NCBI GenBank assembly: GCA_030390025.1
Contig: CM059438.1
Coordinates: 70,868,001-70,932,000 of the forward strand
Direction: 5' to 3'
Length of the DNA: 64,000 nucleotides
Origin: Squalus acanthias
Lineage: Eukaryota
The position numbers were made by a program, and so were the translations under genes. The notes under the pieces are model-generated. The model was given only the letters and a program-made list of their open reading frames with translations. It was not told the origin of the DNA and searched no databases. Below are positions 26,596-38,723 of the stretch, one piece after another (position 1 is the first letter of the stretch; each line of letters begins with the position of its first letter).

Positions 26596-27424
26596 GGGCT
26601 GGATTTTCTCAGACCCAAGGAGGCGGGTATGGAGGCGGGACTGCCGGGAAAGTTGCAGAATTTGGGGGCGGGTGGCAAACCCACCCCCAACCCGCCTCCG
26701 TGCCCTCTTGCCAGGAGGCGGGAAGCCGTCCTGCCCCGGGTCCCGTCTCCTTGGAGGCGGGAAGGGATTAAAGCCTATCAACTGCCTGTTAACAGGTAGT
26801 TAACAGGCAGAAAATAGGATTATCCCCATTTTTCGTGCTGAAGTGCAGGCTTCCCGACCTCGGGGAACCCCGCTGGAGTGTAGGAGATGAGTAGGAGGTC
26901 GGAGGGGTCTGAAAGTGCGATGTAGAGGTGAGTGATGGGTGCAAGTGTGGAGTGGTAAGTATGTGAGGTGAGTGTAAAGTGTTAGAAAATGTTAACTTAC
27001 CTTTGTTTCTACGTACAGCCTTCAACCGCTGTGGAGCCGGAGTCCCCGACATCTCCATTGTAGAGACTGGCTGTTGCATCCTCCGATCCAACAGCCAGCT
27101 GATTTCTGCAAAGCTGAAAGGTTTGATGAGTCCTGAACACAAGGACTCATCAAACTACACAGAATGTCAATGTTTGACAACTTCACAGAGCTGTCAAACG
27201 ATGACATTTCTTCTTTCAAAAGTTCTTGACAGATGACACGTCATACGTTGACATGCTCTGTCACTGACTTCCCCCTAATTGGCCTGCTGAGCCTGCCGGG
27301 CGGGCTTAACAAGGTCAATCAGGGGAAATTCCCGCTGGTTGGCCAGAAGCTGATGGAGGCGGGATTGAAACCCGCCAAGCAGCAGTCCCACCTCCAAAAG
27401 CTTCCCATTCAGAAAATCCAGCCC
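26596..27424 (+). mobile_element. Harbinger family A element
   Basis: Perfect TIRs gggctggattttct / agaaaatccagccc with canonical TAA TSD. Confidence 0.9.
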
Positions 27425-27478
27425 TAAAGTTCAAAATTGCTGATGGTACAATTAGAAAAGTAATAATTTAAAATTATC

Positions 27479-28336
27479 GGCCCATAATTGGCAGTAGCTG
27501 GGCAATGAACGTTAGACTAGCCCTTGCGCATTTAATCTCGACGAAATTTTGCACCGCAGATTGCTGAAAGTGCGAGCTGATAACGGCGCAGCGAGGGAAA
27601 CCGTGCATCTGGGACCTGGGTCAACAGGGCAAGCAACTGTGTATCTCCTTATCCAATCAGATTGAAGGATTGTGAAATTAACAGCGCAAGAACTAAGAAG
27701 GAAGTGTAAATTAGAGTGGGTGAATTCAGTACAAAATCAGGTACAGAAAGAAAAATAAAGAGGGGAAAAAAGATTGGACTAAGAGAGAGAGAGAGAGAGA
27801 GAGAGTTAAAAAAGAAACCAGAAAGGCAAAGTAAAAAGACATTTTTTTTAATTTAAAATTAAAAAAATTTTAAATATCCAACAACAATGAAAACCTGAAG
27901 GAATGAGACTCCACACTTGTAATAGTTAATTTTCAATACCAGAAAGATTCATTGGCAGTAAATAATACTAAGCACATCGTTAAAAGAATCTCTGAGAGCT
28001 AATCCTGGCTTAATGAAATATGTGCGCACCTTAAATGGACCAAGACAGGCTCCTTGCATCACTTCACACCAGCTGTAACTTTCAGTGGCGAGCTTAGTTC
28101 GTACCTACCGTGCAAGTACAGCAACTTCACCCTGTTCAATGGATTTCAATGGTGGGCCAGATAGCGAGATGCTGTTTTCGCGAAGCTAACGGCGGAGCGG
28201 CGCATTGCGGACTGCAAATGTTGGATTTCCACGTTGAATCGCGCATCTGCTCTCGCCTGAGGTTGCTGTAACATTTGCGCATAAATAACGGCGACGGCAT
28301 TATCCTCACTGTTATTTTGACAGAAAATTATGCACC
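27479..28336. mobile_element. Harbinger-like family C element (inverted relative to 17627-18390)
   Basis: Extensive reverse-complement similarity to 17627-18390; contains a (GA)n tract at about 27782-27805. Confidence 0.7.
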
Positions 28337-29922
28337 ATTAGAGTTTTCTGGCTTCGATTGGCATTGATCTACTTGGTACTTCCCCAGTGAGCTGTTGGTG
28401 GAGATCATGAATGCAATCTGGAATGCTTGTCCTCCCTCATTCTCGATCACCATCAACCCTCATCCAACTGAGAAAGTATCGGTAGACAAACCTATTATAA
28501 GCATGAATACAATTCTTTTCACCCTCTCATTTAAACACCACTTGGGCATTTTCTTTATCTGCCTACCACTTTAAAAACAGGTGGGTAGGCAGACAAAATT
28601 TGTAAAAGAAAAGTAAAAAAAACTATCCATACATTGGCCACCTAAGGCCGCCTGACTCGATTTTTGAGTGGGCCTCAATCAGGGCGGCCACTGCTCCCCC
28701 GTCCATCGTGGAGCGGCCTAACCAATAGTCCTTAAAGGGACCACTACAGACCACTCTGAAAACAGCATGGGTAAGTTTTCTAAATGAATTTTGTGGGGCA
28801 TTTGCAGCTTATGTAGATCATGAAAACAGTTCGTGCCTCCCATCGGTGCCATCAGGCAGGGTTAGCGGACGCCTCGCCCTCCGTGCCAAAGTTGAAAATA
28901 AAACCACCCCATCACCCCACATGTCCTTTCCTTCAGCTCTTTGAACCAGGTAAAAATGAAAGCCCAAATTAAAATTACTTTCAGAAATTGGTCAACCAGC
29001 AGTTAACAGCAGCAAGCTGCTGTGGTAAGTCATACGAGGTCAATGAGCGGGTTTCGGGAACAATTTTTGTTTTTACAAACAGGCTGTGAAAAGACTAAAA
29101 AAATGTGGCCAGGGAGGATGTGAATATAAGCTTCACAGAAAGAAGGTTGTAAAATGTCTGTCTTTGAATATAACAGATCCAGATCAGATCATAAGCTGGC
29201 TTTCATAGACCAACACTGACTAATTATTTCAGCAATGGCTGTCGAAACTGAATTTAAAAATAACATTTTTACTATCTCATAGCTGTAATGACTTCATTGA
29301 AGTTTTTCTGACTTGGCCAGAACAGTGCTTTTTGCACATTAATACTGAGACAGCAGTGTGGAGTGAGATGAGCAAAGGGGGGAAGAACACAACAGTTATG
29401 ATTCATGGTGTTCTTGAAGATGATTCACTGTGGAATGCAATAAGGGACTTCTTGTATTGAAAAACTAGTGGCATAACTTTCAGTAGAATGTAATGCTATG
29501 GTTAGCAAAATCTGCGTTAAAAATCTAATTACCCCTACACTTTTTAATGGACAGTTTCTTCATTTACAAAAACTGAGCCATCAGATTTCACAAGGCTATA
29601 TTTTCATTATATAATTACTACTTGCAGAGCTGCATGGTTTTTCCTGCCAAGTTTTTATTGTAAGTAATACCTCACATTTTATGCAATCTACTTCCTGAAT
29701 AGATTTCAATGAACAGATTTTTAAGTCAGGAAAGAAAATTTCCCTAATGGCTCCTCCATCCATTTTCTCGATTTAAAGTGTCTACATTCGTGGTTGTTGC
29801 ATTGCATAAGCAGTATCATTCAGTGGGAGCTGAGACCAACATGTTATACATTGATGACAAAAGAGCTGCTCCACGCTGCCATTTCATTGCAGACTAGCCT
29901 CAGGGACCAGTAATGGTACCAG

Positions 29923-30756
29923 GGGCTGGATTTTGCCAATGGGGAGCTTTTGGAGGCGGGACTCCCACTTGTCGGGATTTAGACCCACCGCCATCGACTT
30001 GTGGCCAACCCACACTATTTTCCTTTGACTGACCTTGTTAAGCCCGCCCAGCAGGCTTAGCAGGCCAATTAAGGGGAAGCCGGCTACAGAGAACGTCAGC
30101 GTATGACGTTTCATCTGTCAAAAAATTTTGACAGCTGAATTGTCATTGTTTTACAGCTCTGTGAAGCTGTCAAACACTGACATTCTCTGTAGTTTGATGA
30201 GTTCTTGTATTCAAGACTCATCAAACCTCTTTCTTTAGCAGAAATTAGATGGGTGTTGCATCGGAGAATGCAGCAGCCATCTGTCATCTCTGCCGCGGAG
30301 GTGCGAGACTCTCCGCATCCCCAACGATTGAAGCCTGCAGGAAGAAACAAAGGTAAGTAAACTTTTTCTAACACTTTCCACTTACCTCACATACTCACCT
30401 CTCCACACTTGCACCCATCACTTACCTTCACAGCGCACTTTTGCACCCCTCTGACCACCGCAGACCCACTGCTCGCCTCGGTGACCCTGGCGGGGTTCGC
30501 AGCCTTCGGGAAACCCGCACTTGTGTGGGTAAAGTGAGGATAATCCTATTATCTGCCTGTTAACTACCTGTTAACAGGCAGTTAAGTGGCTGTAATCCCC
30601 TTCCCGCCTCCAGGAAACGGGACCCGGAGCGGGTCGGCTACCCGCCTCCCGGGAAGATGGCACGGAGGCGGGATGGGCACCCGCCCCCAAATTCTGCCAT
30701 TTTCCCGGCAGTCCCGCCTCCAAACCCGCCTCCCCAGGGCTGGCAAGATCGCGTCC
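29923..30756 (-). mobile_element. Harbinger family A element, inverted
   Basis: Reverse-complement homolog of 26596-27424 and 59444-60271; CAG on both flanks. Confidence 0.82.
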
Positions 30757-30898
30757 CAGGTCATCATCCATGCCTTATACTGACCTACGTCATCACCATG
30801 ATCTTTAAAGCAGTTCAACAGTAACCACAACTTGCTGGTCAGTCTTTATCGAACAATATCAGTGTTAACTCCAAAAGGGGGGAGTAGTAAAACATCTG

Positions 30899-31791
30899 GG
30901 GGTAGAAATTAGGTCGCGCCCCATTTGGGGCGCAAATATCGTCCGGACGCAAATATTAGCGCCTGGCGCTAATTATCGGCACTGACAGGAAACTTCACTT
31001 TTACCGCCCCGGGAGGTGAGTGGAGCGCTAAAGCAGGCGCTGCACACCTCTCTTAAGGCGCAAAGGCCGAGCAGTGAGGCGCTAACTCGGAGCGCTGGCG
31101 AAGCTCATGTAATGTCAGTCAGCAATGGAACACACACACAATGGCACGGGCCAGTTCTTAAAGGGGATGGTTAATCTTGCTTTCCATCCACATCCTGTTC
31201 ATTGCTGCCTTGAATCTCGGCCTGGAGAGACTTGCACATCAAATGTGCTGGAAAGAACAATGGAGCGTACCAGGCAAAGAGCTCAGAGTGCAGCTCCCAC
31301 AGTCTCTGCTAAATCGATACAAGGAATGGCAAATCAAAATGAACCTGCAAAGTGCTGCTCAGTACCCAAAACTCCTTCACACAACGTTGAATCTCTCCAG
31401 AAGTCTCTCCCTCTCTCTCTCAGAATGCATAGTTCAAAAATGCCACCAACAATAAAAGACAGGAAGAGGCCCCCTTTAAATAGCGCCCCCCCCAGCCCCA
31501 CAGCGATTGATAGCGTTCCAGTCTTCTGGTCGTTGGAAGCGCCAGGCGGTAAGGCAGGGGGCGCCACTCAATTTCCGCTACGGGGCGCCACAAGGGCGTT
31601 GCACCATGGAATGACGTCACAATCTGCGCGCGCAGGTGGTCGCAGCGGTAAGTTTTAACGCCGCCGCACAATCTCAAGTTAAGTTCTCGAGCGGCGCAAA
31701 CATCGCTGCGGCCGGGCGTTAGCGGCTTTGCGCCCCATTAGCGCCCTCTTAAGGCGCTAACGGGAGGCGCAACCAAGTGAATTTTTACCCC
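30899..31791 (+). mobile_element. Non-autonomous Harbinger element, family B
   Basis: TIRs ggggtagaaatt / aatttttacccc with CTG TSD; many tagcgcc/ggcgcta subterminal repeats. Confidence 0.85.
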
Positions 31792-31909
31792 CTGCAATCT
31801 TGCTTCACCAAGGTAGATGGGGGGGAGGGGAGGGAAGAAGGGGGGGAGAGGGATGCCTTACCTTTTAAAAGTGCTTAATGGATGTTCTAAAAGTGATTAT
31901 TGAATAGCC

Positions 31910-32725
31910 GTTTTGCGTGAATTTGAAAGCACCGGACTAGCAATGAGGTCACTCAGTGCTCATTTTACAGGCGTAAAACGGGCGCTTAGGGGTTCAATAT
32001 GGCGGGCGGCATGCACCACCCATTCTCACGCTGAATTGCGCTGCTCAGCATATTGGATTGTGCTCCTCCGTAGGCGTCCAAAGTGCATGCCGGAAGTATT
32101 AAAAAGACTCGTCATAATATTTAATTAAGGGTCCTACGCTTGTTGTAGGACTCTTTGGTGAAATTGGTCTGGCCCAGCACTGACTCGCCACATGCTAAGC
32201 TTGCTCAGCAACTCCTGGAGCTAACAGGCAGGAAGGACCCTTCAGCAACGCTACTTAAAGGGCTCCACCACTCCATACAGGTTAGTTGCTGGCTTGTTAT
32301 CTTGTGGATGTCTTTTTGCCTACTTTCTGCCTTCTACAACAGATTTGGGACTTCTGCTAACAACGTTTTGCTGGTGCCGAACTGCTTTTGTCTGCCTTCA
32401 AAACACATTTGTCGGAGTCATGAGTTGTCTGATGGGTCTGCCTTTGGGGCTGGAGGATGAGGGGGAGCAGCCAAGAAGACAGGAGAGAGTAAGAGCAGCT
32501 GGGAGGAACAGGGCACTGTGCAGGAGGTCATACCCACAAGCAGGTCTTCAGGAGGCACTTCTCATACCTCAACTTGAAGGGGAGCAATGTGCCAGGCGCC
32601 TTCTATTCACCAAGGAGACTATCACCTGAGCTATGTCACCTGCTGCAGCCACAACTGAAGCCTCGAATCAGGGCATGGACAGCACTGCTTGTGGTTGTCA
32701 AGGTCACCGTGGCCCTTAACTTTCA
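31910..32725 (+). pseudogene. Harbinger 5' region with frameshifted HARBI1-like transposase N-terminus
   Basis: About 32425-32725 translates across frameshifts as RRSYPQ..VFRRHFSYLNL..EQCARRLLFTKETI.ELCHLLQPQLKPRIRAWTALLVVVKVTVALNF. Confidence 0.75.
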
Positions 32726-32779
32726 AGCCTTTTTTGAATGTTATTCCTTACCTTTAAACATCCTGCATTACCATGTAAC

Positions 32780-33370
32780 TAGAAAACATTGACATTATAC
32801 TTTTAACAGCTTCATCAAGAACACCAATAAATATTGTGAGCAGCGGAGATCCCTAAACTGAACCCAAGCGCTTCAGCTGATGATAGTTGTATAATTTAGA
32901 CTGTTGCCATTGAACGTTATCTTTCCTTCGATATCTATTTGCCCACAAATCTCGTGTAAAGCACTTTATCAAATACCTTCTTAAATTCTAGATAAGTGAT
33001 ATCCAAAACATTACCTCCATCCGTCAGTTCTGTTACATCTTCAAAGAACTTCAGTAATGATTTGTGTTAGGCCTGTCCTACTTTTCAAAAGCTGTGTTGG
33101 CTTGAACACTTGTTGCCTTTGTTCTTCTGAAATGTGCTTGAATTCTTTGCTTTACAATACTCTATCCAGTTTTTTACTATAGATGCCAAGCTGACGGGTC
33201 TATAATTCTGAGGATCATATTTCTGACCTCTTTTTGAATCTGAATAACATTTCCTATTTTCCAATCATCCAGTGTTAAATCTGTAATTAAAGAGCTACCA
33301 AAATATTGAGGCTCAACCCCCCTAATTCTACCCTAGTTTCAGCATTCTTATTCTACTCCATCTGGTGCGG
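32780..33370 (-). mobile_element. Ancient CR1 RT fragment
   Basis: The minus strand gives LLKFFEDVTELTDGGNVLDITYLEFKKVFDKV and a NYRPVSL-like motif; heavily decayed. Confidence 0.7.
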
Positions 33371-33964
33371 TCTCCTCGTGAATGTTCAAGCAGCCCGTAT
33401 TGTTTTAATATTAATTTTTATTACAATCAACCTTCGCTGAACCCCAACACGTGCTGCGTAATTTAAACCTACCCTAGCGACCTCCGTGCGAAAGAAAAAT
33501 GGGCGTCACGGCTGCCGATTTGTTGTGAGTGCATTTTGCGCATACTGGCAAAGACCAATTTCAACCCCCAGTGTGTTCTTTAGCAAGTTTCTCTTTTTAC
33601 TGCTAACGGATTAGGCTGCTAATGTGATAGACCATAATTATTCTTCAGGTAATAGGATTTTCGTTGCAGACAGCAACAGATGACAGGCTGCTGTGGGCAA
33701 TTCATGCCATTTGAATTGAAATGGTGTTGCACCACATGGTTTGAATTGCAGTCATGTCAGGTTTTATATCACTGCATTTTACAGAAGAATATTATACATA
33801 CTAAGGTGGTTACACATGGGAAAGAGTATTATTTCAGACACTTTTATTGTCAATAGAATGTGTGATACTGCCAGCACAATATAAAGCACTAAAATTGACC
33901 CAGTTCAGAAAGATAGCGGGAAGTACATCACGTGTCCTGACACCTTTCCTAAATATCCTCTTAA

Positions 33965-34195
33965 AGAAAGAATCTGCATTTATATAGCGCCTTTCACAGC
34001 GCCTTTCACATCTCAAAGCGCTTTACAGCCAATACAGTACTTCCTTTTTTTTTTACGTGTACTCACTGCTGTAATGTAGGTAATGTGGCAGCCAATTTGC
34101 GCACAGCAAGCTCCCACAAACAGCAATAAGATAATGACCAGATAATCTGTTTTTTATTGATGTTGGTTGAAGGCTAAGTATTGGCCAGGGGAGAA
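33965..34195 (-). mobile_element. Deu-domain SINE (SacSINE1-like) 3' part
   Basis: gcagccaatttgcgcacagcaagctcccacaaacagcaat...gaccagataatctg; inverted homolog of 60279-60460. Confidence 0.65.
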
Positions 34196-35531
34196 ATCCA
34201 GGAGAAAGCCACCACAACACAATCATGTTAATCACATTACTTGCACATGATATGGTTCTGACAAAAATCACACAGGACGCAGAAATTTCTACTGCTGTCG
34301 CAATTATTCTAATTACTGGCCTGTTTTCCTTCATAGATTGAGAAATGGTCTGTTGGGATGGATAACGGAAAGATACTGCATTAGAATTTGTTTTTGAGGA
34401 AAATTCCACTAATCCCAGACAGAGAGAAAATTGTGGGAAAGGATACGGGAAAGTGGGGGGAAAGAGATGAGAAAAAGGGGGAGGAGAAAATGGAAGTGAG
34501 AGGGGTAAAAACCTGAAGAAGGTGGTCGAGAGAAAAAGCAGTTTGCAAATTATTCCTGTCATTTTGAACTGCGTTTCTTCAATAATTGAAGACACTCTTC
34601 AAGTGGAACCAGAAATTATTTCTTTGTCACTTATGTGCTGCCATAATAGACTTAACAAGGAATTATCTCAAGTTTTGTACTAAATTGAATGATCTCTTGG
34701 AAATTAAATAAGGCTTCTGAACTGTATTGACTCTGCTGTAATGAGATAAAGCAGGGAAAATGTAGCGCTTTGCTGTTACCCATCTCTTAAATCAGTTCCG
34801 ACTTTCTGCCAAATATTACAGTCGGAGGCTGTGTACCTGACACTGAGAAGGTGGGGAGGGTACTTTCACCTTGTTGCTCACACACTAAAATCAAACTAGC
34901 CAATTTGTCTCCACCACCATACGAAGTAGTTAAAATAATTATTTACATGAGGGCAATTTTCACCTCACTACCGCCCCAATTTTGGGCAATAGCGAGACGG
35001 TGGAGGAATGAAAATCCAGTGGAAATTAGTTCTGCTGTATTCTTGCAAGGTTTAGGCCCTGCTCGATCTCCGAATCGGGCATGGGGCGAACACCTGAAGC
35101 TCGCACGGGAAGCAGGCGGGAGCTCCATGAATATAAGCAGAAAGTGCAGTGGACGGGCTCTGCATCATTCTCAGCACCCAGGGGCGTGCTGGACAGCGAG
35201 TCCCCTGCATGTCAGTAAAACCTGGTGACGGACAAGGCCGCAGGCAGACCTGCAGGCAGGAGGGCTTTTAAAACACTTTCCAGGTAAGTACATTCGGCCT
35301 TTCTTGTAGTTATTTTTTTATTTAATTTTCTTTTGTTTCCCACCGGCATTATGGGCTTTCATATGCATAGAAATATGCTATTTTTTAGTATTTGTTCCTG
35401 GCAACCCTGGCAAGGCCACATTTTCCGACCCTCGTTGCCCGCAGAAGGTGATAGTAGGTGGTCTTCTTGAACTGCTGCAGTCCTTGTGTTGATGGAGCTC
35501 ACAAGTTGATGTCAGGTAGGGAATTCCCGGA

Positions 35532-36147
35532 ATAACAACAGAAAACGCTGGAAAAACTCAGCAGGCCAAGCAGCATCTGTGGAGAGAGAAACAGAGTTAA
35601 CGTTTCAGGTCGATGACCTTTTGTCAGAACTGGAAAAAAGCAGGAAATGGAATAGATTTTAAAGCAGGTTTAGGGGCTGGGAAATGGGGGAGGGGATGAA
35701 AGAACAAAAGGGAAGGTCAGTGATAGGATAGAAAGCAGGAGAGATTAAGAGACATTGAGAGACATTAAGAGATATTCAAGGCAAGAGGAGGTGGAAATGG
35801 GACAGGTTGAGGAACAAAGGATGGCTCAGATGAAGTGTGAATTGCGCTGGCAGAATGAAGGACAGCTGCCATGTGGGAGGGAAGAAAAAAAGGCCAAACA
35901 AAAGCGTGGATAAAAAAAAAATATATATATAAATATATTATATATATGTGATCAGGGCCGGGGTTATGATCTGAAATTGTTGAACTCTATGTTGAGTCCA
36001 GAGGGCTGTAGAGTGCCTAATCGAAAGATGAGGTGCTGTTCCTCGAGCTTACGCTGAGCTTCCGTTGCTGTCTGGCCTGCTGAGTTTTTCCAGCGTTTTC
36101 TGTTGTTATTTCGGATTTCCAGCATCCGCAGTATTTTGCTATCGTAT
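35532..36147 (-). mobile_element. Penelope-like insertion with inverted terminal segment
   Basis: Perfect 15-bp TSD tagggaattcccgga (35517-35531 and 36148-36162); GIY-YIG C-terminus KLEEQHLIFRLGTLQPSGLNIEFNNFR on the minus strand; the first ~37 nt recur inverted at about 36073-36110. Confidence 0.88.
35595..35631 (-). ncRNA. Minimal (type I, dimer-type) hammerhead ribozyme motif, G8 mutated
   Basis: AGTT-CTGACAA-A-AGGTC-ATC-GACCT-GAAAC-GTT-AACT: stem I AGTT/AACT, stem II AGGTC/GACCT, palindromic ACGT stem III, GUU cleavage triplet. Confidence 0.62.
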
Positions 36148-37049
36148 TAGGGAATTCCCGGATTTGACCGAGCAATGATGACCGAATGACAGTGGTCGAT
36201 TTTATGGGGCTGAGAGGTGCTGCTGAAGTAAGCTTGATGAGTTGCCACAGTTCCACCAGTTGTGGAGAGGGTGGATATTGAGTTCAGTGGCTGGGGTGCT
36301 GATTAACGAATGAGTGTGTCCTGGATGGTGTTGAGCTTCTTTAGAGTTGTTGGGGTTGCGCCCATACAGGCAATTGATGAGTATTCCACTACACCCCTGA
36401 CTGGAGCCTTGAAGATGGAGGAGAAGCATTGAGGGGTCAGGTGAGCTACTTGTTGCAGAATACCCAGACTCTACCCTGATCTTGTAGTCACGTTGTTGAT
36501 ATGACTGTTCCAGTTCAGCTTCTGGTCAGATCTCCAGGATGTTAATGGTAGGGAATCAGTGCTGGTTCCATTGAAGGTGGGGTGAGATAGTAAGACTGTT
36601 TCTTGTTGGAGTAAGTCATTTCCTGGTACTTATGTGGTGCGAATGATACCTGCCACTTGTCAGCAGAAGCTTGGATATTGTCCAAGTCCTGCTGTGAACT
36701 GGCATGGGCTGTTTCATTGTTGGAGAAGTTGTGAATAGAGCTGAACACTGTGGAGTCATCAGTGCACAGCCCCACCCATAATCTAATAATACAGGGAAAT
36801 TCATTGTTGAAGCAGCTGAAAGTAGTCGAGCGGAGAATGCTGCCCTGAGGAACTGCAGCAGCAATGTTCTGGCGATGCACTGACCAGCCTCCAACAACCA
36901 CGATCATCTTCGCGTGTGTGTCAGATATGACTGCAGTACTGGAGAGTTTTCCCATTGATCTGTGTTTTGCAAGGGGTCCATGGTGCCATACTTGGTCAAA
37001 TGCTGTCTTGATGTCGAGAGCAATTATGAAAACAATAGCAAAGACACAT

Positions 37050-38092
37050 TTAAAATAAAACACTTTCGAGGTTATTTTGGTGAAAGGGTGAAAACTGATG
37101 TTAAATGGGTGCTGTGCTAATAAAACACGCCTGTTTGAAAGTTTGGTTTGAGTACACGCTTTTGGTCCTAATTGCTGATTAGCATAATTTGAACTGGCCT
37201 GGAGATGCTAAAACAAACACCTGCAGGTTTGGCACTCAAGCAATGATTAGAAGCAATTTTCATGGAGTATATGTGGGCTCAACGCACCCACTTCCACAGA
37301 GTGCACTGGCTGACACACAGGATGGCTCAGGGACTGAGGGAGAGAGCACACAGGTTCTCGGACACGGCATTGGAGGTCCTGGTGGAGGAGGTCCAGAGGT
37401 GGAGGGATGTCCTGTACCCGCAGGCGGGACGGAGTCCACCTGTCTCTCCTGGTCCTCTCTCCTGCAGCAGCTGGTGCTGCTCTGCCTGGCCTCATCTCTT
37501 CCTCCCATTCCTCCTGCAGACCAAGGGGGACCCCTAGCAAGATGCCCATGACCAAGCACTCCCTTTCTCCTGGTGACTCCTATAAGTTAGAGTAGCACAG
37601 CAACTCGCTCTTTTTAGGTGAGGTCCTCAGAGAATTGACGGAATAAATGTTGATAGTGTTGGTGAAGTCTTGGCAAAGTGTCCTAGAAAGACTCCCGATG
37701 TGTTTCAAAAGTCCTCTTCAAACCTCCACAATTGCTCTCTCAAGCCAGCAAGTGAACAGTAAAAGGTGATATACCGTTAAGTAGCGCTCAAAATCCTCAG
37801 CAGTGACTTCTTTACTCCTAATCAGCTGGTTGCTGTTGGGAGAGGGCGTTAGGTCAAGCGCTATCCACCAAAATGCCGTGCAGCCTCCTTAATGAGCGCT
37901 AACAGGCATTTTAAGTGGCAATCAGCCCCTTAACGATCCTCCGGGCGGCCGTTCCTAGCGCAAGCTTCATCTCCTTTACCAAGTTGGTGTCTTGCGCTAA
38001 ATGCAAGCTAAATTGGCATTTCAGCTCAAGACCCCATCTTGGCCACCTCAGAGGCTCTTTAGCATCTGGAGGAGCCATTGAAAATCGCCCCC
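37050..38092 (+). mobile_element. Internally deleted Harbinger with Myb/SANT-like gene fragment
   Basis: MAQGLRERAHRFSDTALEVLVEEVQRWRDVLYPQAG at about 37322-37435; right TIR gaaaatcgccccc followed by TTA. Confidence 0.7.
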
Positions 38093-38723
38093 TTAAACCT
38101 TTCCACTGACTTACACTCACATTTTGAAAATCTGGTCCTTTTTTAATATTCAGTCGCTTATGGACCTCTGTGTGGAATTTACATTACCTCTTCCAGAATA
38201 CTTCTGAGTAATATTTTTGAATGAGTTCTAAAAATATTTCCATCAGTGCCCTTCACAGGGGAATTATTGTGAGTGAAAATCACATTTCTCACCTTAGAGC
38301 AACAGGACCATGTGTCAATCTAGCCATCGTGCTTTAGCAGTGGAAGATTTTGCTCTGGAACTGTCCAGCTGTAGTCCTTACACACTCAATAACTCATCAC
38401 ATTAATTTTTCTTTAAAGTTTTTGTCAGATTTCCTTTTCCTTCCACTCTTGGTTTATTTTGGAAAACTGAGTTTCCAGAAGCTATATATTCATTTGTCCA
38501 AAAACGACCCCCATTTCTTATTTGGGCATTGATAAGGTTCTGGGGCTCTTGAAAACTTCTAACAAGATTACTTCAGAGCTCATATTTTAGATCACTCTCA
38601 TACCTTTGAGAATGTCTATACTTGCCTTGAGATCTAGGTATGCTTTTAGTAACACACCTGGGAAAACAAATAAGAAACCTTATTTGGTCTGGACTATCTT
38701 ATGCCTCCGTAAGATTTCACTTA

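Larger units (their letters stand above)
35392..37022 (-). mobile_element. Older decayed copy of the Zenon/Crack-like LINE (RT to tail), split by a Penelope insert
   Basis: ALDIKTAFDQVWH, VPQGSIL, QQDLDNIQASADKWQVSFAPHK. Confidence 0.8.

Noticed and set aside
31125..31658. 177-aa ORF with a similar ORF at 39024-39374
   Set aside because: Both lie inside copies of the same Harbinger family B element; the similarity reflects the repeat, and the frames diverge after about 100 codons.
34053..34595. 180-aa minus-strand ORF
   Set aside because: Runs through a purine-rich low-complexity tract and a SINE; not gene-like.
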